IMG/VR virus record: IMGVR_UViG_3300031992_000011
Reading direction: 5' to 3' (one strand)
Length of the DNA stretch: 64,000 bases
From: a virus
Taxonomy: Duplodnaviria; Caudoviricetes
Positions 56,877-64,000 of this stretch are shown piece by piece (the first letter of the stretch is position 1; each line of letters starts with the position of its first letter). Both the position numbers and the translations under genes were made by a program. The notes beneath the pieces were generated by a model. It worked only from the letters and a program-made list of their open reading frames with translations, was not told the DNA's origin and made no database searches.

Positions 56877-57731
56877 TCAATAGTTGGTTACAAGCACCTC
56901 GTCAGCGCCTCCCCTGTCCTTCCTGTGGTAAGAGCTGTTGCTGTATGAGTTGTTCAGATGATGCACGTTGTATCTTTCGGACCACACGGAGAGTATCTCA
57001 TTGGTCTTCCCCTTGCTCTGCAGTGCGTTCGACAACGCGAACTTTATCCCTTTTTCGTCGAGACAGTCGAGCAGGGACAGAAGTTTTCTCTCGCACGTTT
57101 CGTTCCATCCGCCGTTCTCGTTGTATGTGGCGCATGTTATCAGATATGGCGGGTCGCAGTACACGAAATCATCGTTTCCGAGTTTGTCGAGTTTGAGCTC
57201 GCCGAAGTCCTTGCATGTGAACATAACGTCCATACTTGTTATTCTCTTGTGAAACTCCGTCAGGTTTTTTCTGATGGCGTCGTTGAACTTGCTCCGGTTC
57301 TTTCCGAACGGCATGTTGAATCCTCCGTCCTTGTTGAACCTTATCTGGTGGTTGAACGAGTAGCATATGAGCACAAACAGGTCTAACGGGTCTTTCTCCG
57401 TAGAGTTGTTGTAATCTGACCTGAATCTCAGGTATGCATCCGAGTCCGTCATGGTCAGGCCATATTCCTCTATTCTACTGTCCACGCGCCCTATCACCTC
57501 GTCAATGCTTAGTGACTTGAACTTGTTGTATATGCCGATAACGCCGTTATCAGCGTCGTTGGCTACAATTCTGTCCGCCGTGACGTTCACCGCCACATTC
57601 CCGCCTCCCGTGAAAAGGTCGACAAACATTCTCACCTTGTCCGGGAATAGCGGCAATATCTGCTTGAGCAGTTTATATTTCCCGCCGGTGTAGTTCATCG
57701 GCGATTTTACTAATTTTTCCGGTATTGTCAT
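56877..57731 (-). CDS. dam: Dam-family DNA adenine methyltransferase
   Basis: NYTGGK, VDLFTGG, RFNKDGGFNMPFG, YCDPPY, FALSN, EVLVTNY. Confidence 0.9.
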   Translation of the reverse strand: MTIPEKLVKSPMNYTGGKYKLLKQILPLFPDKVRMFVDLFTGGGNVAVNVTADRIVANDADNGVIGIYNKFKSLSIDEVIGRVDSRIEEYGLTMTDSDAYLRFRSDYNNSTEKDPLDLFVLICYSFNHQIRFNKDGGFNMPFGKNRSKFNDAIRKNLTEFHKRITSMDVMFTCKDFGELKLDKLGNDDFVYCDPPYLITCATYNENGGWNETCERKLLSLLDCLDEKGIKFALSNALQSKGKTNEILSVWSERYNVHHLNNSYSNSSYHRKDRGGADEVLVTNY

Positions 57732-57746
57732 GTTTCGAAAAATTTT

Positions 57747-60700
57747 TCATTCATAAGAGAAGTCACTGAAATCCTTGTCGAGGATGTCGAACAGGTTGCC
57801 AATCACGACACCGTGTTTCCTTGATATGAAATTGTTTGTGCTCGGGTCCTCGTCTACAATGTCCGCGATGCATTTCGGCAGTATGCCTTCTTCAATCAGA
57901 GAATCAACGTCGGTTCGCTTGAGCGAGGCAATTGCCTTGTTGTACTTCTCAATCTCCTCTTTGACCTCATCTGATTTGAGTCGTTCCATGCGTTCGGTGT
58001 AGTCTTGTTTTATTTCGTTCCAGTCCATGCCTATCTCACGCCAATACGGAGGTTCTTCGTTTATTGACGTCCAAAACTTTATCTCCTTATCCTCCATCGT
58101 CATCAGCTGTTCGTACGTGTCTTGGTCGGATGCGCTCAGAGGAAAACCGCTGACGAGCCTTGTTTCCTCTTCGGTGAATGCCCTCCTGTCCTTCGGATCG
58201 GTTATAAGTATGTTGCTGACCTCCTTTCCCTTGTCGTTTATCCGTGACCTGACCTCAGGGGCGAAACAGACAAGCAGCGTTGATATGCGGCTGTTGAACA
58301 TGTCGACATACTTCGCGACATTGTATTCAAACATGTCGTCGCAGTAATGCTCTTCCTCGTCCTCAACGATGTTGTTCGGAAGAAGCACGCAGTTGAACAC
58401 AATCTCGTCCTCCTCGGACACCGGCACACCGTAATGTTTCCTTCCCCACTGGGTTATTTCCATGGATTTCACTGACGGGTCCGCCTTTTTCGCCTTATTG
58501 TACAGTCGCTCAATCTCACGCGTGACCTCAACCTTTCCGCCACCGTCCGAAGGTATGAAGTATCGCGTCACGCGTTTCACGTCACTGTCTGATTTCTTCT
58601 TGCCGGTGTTGATGTAGTATATGGAGTCACCCATGTTCACGTCAAGACCCTCCTTTATTGCGAGCTCGTACCACGCCTGCCGCGACTTCTTCGTGCCCGC
58701 CTTTGTGCGCTGAAGGCATGCCTCCTTGTATGCCTTTATGCTCGTCTTTATCTTGCCGACAGTGGCGATATCCTTCAGTGGTATGCGGAGATTGTATATG
58801 TCCTCGAGATAGTCGTAGTAGTATTCTATGAAGTCGTGCCCGCGGTTCTCAAGCAGCATGCGTATCGCCTTGTCGAGGAATTTCTCGATATATTTCGGCA
58901 TCTTCTTGGACTTGATGCTGTTTCCGACAAGTTTGACTGACCCGTCGTCAAGAAGGTCAGAGTATACCTTCCGCCGGTAGTTCGCCGAAGCAGGGACGAA
59001 CTCGTCAATTCCGAGACCCATCTTGTTGACGCCGTCATAGTACTTGTTGTTCAAGAAAAGGTCCTCGAACTCGCATACGTCGGCCTCGACGCCGGTGTAT
59101 TCCTTCCCCTTCACACTGTTGCGTCCGAGACCCTTGCCGATGTATGGGTTGTCGTCTGTGTATCTGAAAGAGTCCGGCATCTTGAAGTTGAAACCGTCGG
59201 TGTCCCCCACGATAGGTTCGTATCCAAGATTCTTGAAATGATGTATCATCAGTCTGAGGCACTGTCTGCCTATCGTCGTCGTTTTCTCCGCAGCGACAAT
59301 GTCACTGAATGGGAACACGGAACCTGAACCGAATGAACCGAAAAATCCGTTACAAATCACCTTCTGTGCCGCCTGAAGTCCGTCATAGAAGGTGGATTTC
59401 GCCGCGTCGCCCAATTTTGCGTACTTTTTCTTCAGACCCTTGTTGTGTTCGCGCTGGTCGAGCATGTAACCGAGAAGCATCAGCATCACGTCGTCTATGT
59501 CGGCCTCGGCCTTGATGTTGAAGGACAGCAGAATCGACGGATAAAGACTGTTGTAGTCAAGTTTCACAACATTGTCGACAAAACCGACCTTGAGAAGTCT
59601 TGACAGTCCGCCCGTGAACGGTCTGCTGTCGATGAGTCTCGGTATCGCCGAGTCGTGCTGATAGTACCATGCGAGCATGATATATTTCCACACGGCCGCT
59701 GTTCCCATTGTGCAAACCTTGTCGTATGACACCGGCAGAAGTTTGCTGACGAAGTAGTTCGTGGTGTTGTACTGAAGTTCGACCTTGTCCGTCTCCCAAA
59801 GGTCGTCCAGCAGGTATCTCTGAACGATGTACCGACCGGTAACCCAAGTGAATTTCTCGCCCGTCTCCTTGTCCGTCGCGCCGTCATAATCCGTTGTATA
59901 TCTGTCCCTCATGCTGTCGCTGAACCTGAACCAGTGCCCATTCTCGTCATTGAACGCATACACACGTTGTTCGTCCGACCATGTCTCGTTGATTATCTTG
60001 CCGGGCACGTACACCCTGTTTTTCTTGGCTATTCCCGAGTACTTCGTCACGTATTTCAGTGAGGCCGACTTCATGTTGCTGTTGATTGCCATGGCCCTTC
60101 TGACCGCAAACAGCGAGTCGGTCAGATGGTATCCCCACATGATTGTCGGGTTGTAGTACTCCATCTCTCCGCCGAGTTTGAGAACCTTAGGCTTCGACTT
60201 CTTGTACACTCCCTTGGGGAAGTAAGGGTCTCCGAACTCATTGAGACCTCCACACCCGTTCACCATCAGTCTGACGTCGATGAAGTTCCAGTCGAAGTTC
60301 TCGACGTTGTGGCCTGTGATGATGTCCGGTTGTATCTGTTTGATTATCGTGAAGAATTCCTTGACGGCAAGAACTTCGTTTTCATGCTTTTCATCCGCAG
60401 TTCCGCCTGACACTGTTATGATTTTTTCAAACCCCTTGTTTGTGCGTATTCCTATCTGGTCGATGGTGTCATGTTCCGGATCGAGACCGCTTGTCTCGAG
60501 GTCGAACTCCAACCTCACAAGGTCGTCATAATTGTCGTATCCCTTGAACTGTCGCTTGCCGGTTGATATCATGTACTGTTCGACAGGGGAGACGGATATG
60601 TAGTTCCTGACCTTGTCGTCGTCGCTGTACACGGGCACGCCCCCTTTCTCGAAGAACGACATGAACTCGCTGTAGGTCATCGCGGTCTTTGCGAAGAACA

Positions 60701-61031
60701 TCAGGTTGTATCCGTTCTGTGTCCGTTCAGGCACCGTCCCGTCACGGCGCGCTGTCTTGAGTGACCTCACACCGATGTGCATTGACCTCATTTTCTCGAT
60801 TATCTCCGTGCGGTTTCCGCGATACAGACGTCTTGCCGCGTCCTGCCTCGCCCACAGGAACGGAAGGAACGCCTCCTTCTTGACGCGCTTCACGCCTTTG
60901 TCGTCGCGGTAGATGATTGACACCTTGTCGTCGTTGTAACCGCACTCGAACTTGATGATGTGCTCCATCGGGTCGGTGCCGGCGAAGAATTCGTCTATCT
61001 GCTGTTTTAACGTCACATTCTCGTTTTCCAT
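57747..61031 (-). CDS. polB: Family B DNA polymerase with 3'-5' exonuclease
   Basis: FDLET (ExoI), GHNVENFD (ExoII), DYNSLYPS (motif A), K---NGFFG (motif B), GDTDG (motif C); start reassigned to MENENV. Confidence 0.95.
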   Translation of the reverse strand: MENENVTLKQQIDEFFAGTDPMEHIIKFECGYNDDKVSIIYRDDKGVKRVKKEAFLPFLWARQDAARRLYRGNRTEIIEKMRSMHIGVRSLKTARRDGTVPERTQNGYNLMFFAKTAMTYSEFMSFFEKGGVPVYSDDDKVRNYISVSPVEQYMISTGKRQFKGYDNYDDLVRLEFDLETSGLDPEHDTIDQIGIRTNKGFEKIITVSGGTADEKHENEVLAVKEFFTIIKQIQPDIITGHNVENFDWNFIDVRLMVNGCGGLNEFGDPYFPKGVYKKSKPKVLKLGGEMEYYNPTIMWGYHLTDSLFAVRRAMAINSNMKSASLKYVTKYSGIAKKNRVYVPGKIINETWSDEQRVYAFNDENGHWFRFSDSMRDRYTTDYDGATDKETGEKFTWVTGRYIVQRYLLDDLWETDKVELQYNTTNYFVSKLLPVSYDKVCTMGTAAVWKYIMLAWYYQHDSAIPRLIDSRPFTGGLSRLLKVGFVDNVVKLDYNSLYPSILLSFNIKAEADIDDVMLMLLGYMLDQREHNKGLKKKYAKLGDAAKSTFYDGLQAAQKVICNGFFGSFGSGSVFPFSDIVAAEKTTTIGRQCLRLMIHHFKNLGYEPIVGDTDGFNFKMPDSFRYTDDNPYIGKGLGRNSVKGKEYTGVEADVCEFEDLFLNNKYYDGVNKMGLGIDEFVPASANYRRKVYSDLLDDGSVKLVGNSIKSKKMPKYIEKFLDKAIRMLLENRGHDFIEYYYDYLEDIYNLRIPLKDIATVGKIKTSIKAYKEACLQRTKAGTKKSRQAWYELAIKEGLDVNMGDSIYYINTGKKKSDSDVKRVTRYFIPSDGGGKVEVTREIERLYNKAKKADPSVKSMEITQWGRKHYGVPVSEEDEIVFNCVLLPNNIVEDEEEHYCDDMFEYNVAKYVDMFNSRISTLLVCFAPEVRSRINDKGKEVSNILITDPKDRRAFTEEETRLVSGFPLSASDQDTYEQLMTMEDKEIKFWTSINEEPPYWREIGMDWNEIKQDYTERMERLKSDEVKEEIEKYNKAIASLKRTDVDSLIEEGILPKCIADIVDEDPSTNNFISRKHGVVIGNLFDILDKDFSDFSYE

Positions 61032-61096
61032 AATGTCGATAGTTGTTTGGTACCTGCAGCCGCACAAATACGGCATCGGTCATTATACTTTTTCCG

Positions 61097-61129
61097 CAAA
61101 ATTAATCGTTTTATCCGTAACGACACAAA
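61097..61129 (-). promoter_or_regulatory. Bacteroidota sigma-A promoter TTTG-N21-TAATTTTG
   Basis: Upstream of the DNA polymerase gene. Confidence 0.75.
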
Positions 61130-61205
61130 CACTTTCTGTCATTTTAATGTTTTTTAACTATCTCTGGCAAAAAATGAAGAATATCAATGATACGGTGCTT
61201 TGCCA

Positions 61206-61212
61206 TATTTAC
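61206..61212 (+). promoter_or_regulatory. Putative late promoter TATTTAC
   Basis: Upstream of ATG 61217/61226. Confidence 0.5.
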
Positions 61213-61216
61213 AGGT

Positions 61217-63310
61217 ATGGTTATCATGTTGTCAGAAAACAGTTTTGACCGCAAGGTGAACAAATTCCTGAGCGGTTACACGGGCGGTGGGTTCTCGTCG
61301 GTGCGCGAGTTCCTGCTTAAGGGACTCTACGGGAAATTACCTGAGATGAGATGCATCAAAAATCCAGAGACAGTTTCTGACGTGGTCCGATGGTTTTTCA
61401 ACCCGGACGGAAGCGTGAAGAATGCCGAATATGTGAATGATTTCCGTGCGATACTCAAGTCGCTCATAGATAAAGACGGGGTTGACAAGATACAGAATTT
61501 CACGCACGGTTTTGAACTTCTGTCATTCATGAAAACTTTCGGACATCTGACACCGCGCGAAAAGAACCATATCCCGCGCAACTCGTCAAGAAAGTCAGTA
61601 AAGGCGGACAACGGTTACACTGTAACAAGGATAGATTCGTTCGATGAGATGACGCGTGCGCCGTTCGGCGACAGCTGGTGCATCGGTCAAGACCGCGAAT
61701 GGTGGGACGAATTCGCTGACGAGTCGGTTTCCACTGTATATATGGTGGTGAGGTCTGACGCAGCGCAAGCAAGGCCGTCCACAATGATGGATGACGACGA
61801 AGAGGTCACCGCAGACGAGTATTTCTCCGGAATTGACAGTTACACAGATTCGCTGCGTAGCGGAAAGTGGGGGTCTCTCGGTTCAGGAAGGTATCCGTAC
61901 GACAGTTACGGCATGTCCGCGATGGTTGTGATAAGTTACGAGAATGGTATGCATGAAGTGTGGTCGAGGTACAATATGAGTGGAAAGGACGGAGACTATC
62001 TGAGCAAGGGTCAGATGTCCAAACTACTCGGAGCACCATTCGAGACTCTTTTCCCGTACGTCAACTACACCATCAGCGAAAGTGCGCTGAACGAAAGCGA
62101 ATACGCCTACCATCTGACCGGCAGGGCGTCGGACGGGAGCAGAATCAACCATGACATGCGCCCTTACGGTAGCGAAGGCAGAGTGATGATGACGCAAGGC
62201 AGGGACACCGGCCATTTCGGGAGCGGGACTTACTTCTCCACATATACGTTCGGGGGATATGAAGGTCTGCCAAAATACGGAGAAGGAAACAACGATCCGC
62301 ATTTCATACAGATCAAGGACGGCGTGTACCGTGTCGACCTGGACTTGTACAAGAACCTGTACAGGGTAGAGAGCGAGGACGAGGGGGACATTCTGTTCTC
62401 GACACTCAAGTTGCTCAATGAATTCTTTAACCGCGTGACGGACGAGGATTTTGTCGGCAAAAAAGAACCTAACTACAACAACGCCGGTATATACCAGGTC
62501 GTCAGACGGAACTGTTCGGTGCTCGGACTGAAGTGCCCGTCATACTATGAACTGACAAGGATGGCGCAGTCGCACAAGGGTGTGCAGTCGTTCTCGACCC
62601 TTTTCATGGAATGGAACGGTTTTAATGGCGTTAACGTATGCGGACTGTACAGGTTTGACAACACGACGCATGGTTCTGTGATATATGACCTGTCGAAGAC
62701 GGGGTCGGCAATAGTGCCCGTCAAGAAGGCGAAATACTTTAGTCCTAAAGTGACATCACGGTACGGTTACGTCAACACTGACGGGAAATATGACGATGAT
62801 GAGATGCTTGCCCTCACATCCCCATATTACATTCCGGAAGAAGAAACTTTCAAGAAAATGCCTTTCAACAGACAGGTGAGAATATTGAAAAACATGATCA
62901 GTAACGGCAAGGTTGTCCGTTTTTGGACGTTTGAATCGTGCTTTTCTGACAAACTTAAGAAACTATATCTTCAGTTGGTGTTCAACAACCGCGACAAGTC
63001 GCGATACGGTGAAATGGTCGGAAGTGTCATGTTGGGAGGTGATGATAAGTACAGATGGCGTAAATATATCGTGGAGAATGGTCTGTACTATTGGGCCGGA
63101 TATTACAACAACCGAGTGTCAGGTCTTACAGCCATAATGTCCGAACTTGACGACTGGAACCTTGATGACGACGAGAACAAGAAACAGAACCTTGCCAACT
63201 TCAAGAACCTCATGCGCTATGTGAAACGTCCGTTGGAACTTGATGAACTCACAGCAATCCACGAATACACAGGCGTGTGGTTTGACTATGACGGCAATCC
63301 TGAAAAATGA
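61217..63310 (+). CDS. Multidomain protein with internal ISE|SALNE|S linker and ADP-ribosyltransferase-like second domain
   Basis: AYHLTG...GHFGSGTYFST...GFNGVNV...SVIY resembles the YHG...G-FG-G-YF...GYDGI pattern of ART domains in phage polyvalent proteins. Confidence 0.55.
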   Translation: MVIMLSENSFDRKVNKFLSGYTGGGFSSVREFLLKGLYGKLPEMRCIKNPETVSDVVRWFFNPDGSVKNAEYVNDFRAILKSLIDKDGVDKIQNFTHGFELLSFMKTFGHLTPREKNHIPRNSSRKSVKADNGYTVTRIDSFDEMTRAPFGDSWCIGQDREWWDEFADESVSTVYMVVRSDAAQARPSTMMDDDEEVTADEYFSGIDSYTDSLRSGKWGSLGSGRYPYDSYGMSAMVVISYENGMHEVWSRYNMSGKDGDYLSKGQMSKLLGAPFETLFPYVNYTISESALNESEYAYHLTGRASDGSRINHDMRPYGSEGRVMMTQGRDTGHFGSGTYFSTYTFGGYEGLPKYGEGNNDPHFIQIKDGVYRVDLDLYKNLYRVESEDEGDILFSTLKLLNEFFNRVTDEDFVGKKEPNYNNAGIYQVVRRNCSVLGLKCPSYYELTRMAQSHKGVQSFSTLFMEWNGFNGVNVCGLYRFDNTTHGSVIYDLSKTGSAIVPVKKAKYFSPKVTSRYGYVNTDGKYDDDEMLALTSPYYIPEEETFKKMPFNRQVRILKNMISNGKVVRFWTFESCFSDKLKKLYLQLVFNNRDKSRYGEMVGSVMLGGDDKYRWRKYIVENGLYYWAGYYNNRVSGLTAIMSELDDWNLDDDENKKQNLANFKNLMRYVKRPLELDELTAIHEYTGVWFDYDGNPEK

Positions 63311-63313
63311 CTG

Positions 63314-63898
63314 TCATCCTCTGTCGAACGTCCTGTGCGCGTTACATCCGATATAGTTCCCGACGACAACACACATATAGTCAACAGCGAGCGTCATGTC
63401 CGGCATGCCTCCGCATGACAGATAGAAGGCGTCCGCTATGCTGTGCGCGAAACCGCACAGTATGAATACGGGCACACCGAACAGCAAAGGAAGGAACTTT
63501 CCGTTTCTCGCGAATTTTACCGCCGTTGTCATGATAAAACCGCACCCCGCGCCGAGAGCGACAAGTCTCAGTGGTCCGGCGGCAATCCTCGCCTCTGCGA
63601 TTGCCGCGCACTTGTCCGCAATGACGTCCCCCGTCATACGGTAATATCCGGCCACAGCGAGGCAACCGATGATGTTCCCGGCGAGTATCGTCGCAAGTCC
63701 GAAATGTTCTTTCAATGTGCTGACGAAACCGGCGGTCCCTGTATACAGTCTCAACCGCCAATGCACGACAGACAGAAGTCCGAATGCGAAAAGAACGGCG
63801 CCTGCGACCCCTCCGACACGCAAGTTGACGACACATCCGATTGATATGCAGACGCCGGCCATCACGGAAGACATGAAGGCGTCAACATGTTTTTTCAT
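63314..63898 (-). CDS. Formate/nitrite transporter (FNT, FocA-like) family channel
   Basis: AGVCISIG, LF-FGL, LYTG, GNIIG, FILCGFAHSIAD, GNYIG motifs; hydrophobic. Confidence 0.85.
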   Translation of the reverse strand: MKKHVDAFMSSVMAGVCISIGCVVNLRVGGVAGAVLFAFGLLSVVHWRLRLYTGTAGFVSTLKEHFGLATILAGNIIGCLAVAGYYRMTGDVIADKCAAIAEARIAAGPLRLVALGAGCGFIMTTAVKFARNGKFLPLLFGVPVFILCGFAHSIADAFYLSCGGMPDMTLAVDYMCVVVGNYIGCNAHRTFDRG

Positions 63899-64000
63899 CA
63901 CCGTCGATCAGTAAATCCATCATGTGCTTCCTCGCCAGTAACTCGGACACCGTTTTCTCTGCCTCACCAAGGTTGCATTCAATGCATCCTTTGACATACG

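Noticed and set aside
57747-61031. Intein or intron in the DNA polymerase
   Set aside because: Motifs are in order in one frame; no HN-C/S/T splice junction with LAGLIDADG motifs was seen
1-64000. Stop-codon reassignment (TAG to Gln) as in some gut megaphages
   Set aside because: Core genes (MCP, polB, fibres) are full length in the standard code; TAG is rare as a stop (seen at 23640 and 55430), but no gene appears fragmented by TAG
1-64000. tRNA, rRNA or reverse transcriptase genes
   Set aside because: Intergenic gaps are short, and no cloverleaf or YxDD RT motif was recognised by eye; tRNAscan-SE and HMM searches would be needed to exclude them formally

Overview
This window comes from a large T4-like (myovirus-type) tailed phage, probably a jumbo phage, whose host is in the Bacteroidota. 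The host call rests on five host-type TAnnTTTG promoter elements, three with a perfect TTTG 20-21 nt upstream, placed before early/replication genes. Layout: 1-17.1 kb and 46.5-55.3 kb hold long, repeat-rich fibre/appendage genes; 17.2-20.7 kb the prohead scaffold and gp23-like major capsid protein; 29-36 kb the tail tube, a gp5-like baseplate protein and a gp55-like late sigma factor. Also present: a family-B DNA polymerase, dUTPase, five DNA methyltransferases, a Ro60/TROVE protein, a 2H phosphoesterase resembling anti-CBASS Acb1, two glycosyltransferases, a WYL protein, a lipoate-ligase-like gene inside the fibre cluster, a formate/nitrite channel and an IS1595 remnant. The best candidate for an undescribed system is a dispersed set of about ten unrelated orphan genes. 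Most have their own late-type TATTTA[T/C] motif, and they share a short helical tag ending in L/I-x-E|G/S/A, like the prohead-protease sites in the scaffold and capsid proteins. Two carry ADP-ribosyltransferase-like folds and one appears to have arrived as an IS1595 passenger, suggesting an expandable set of capsid-packaged, injected effectors. A second candidate is a 27-nt repeat array in a fibre tip with DGR-like variation at Asn codons. All function calls come from motif recognition by eye; no database searches were run. No tRNA, rRNA, CRISPR array or reverse transcriptase was recognised.
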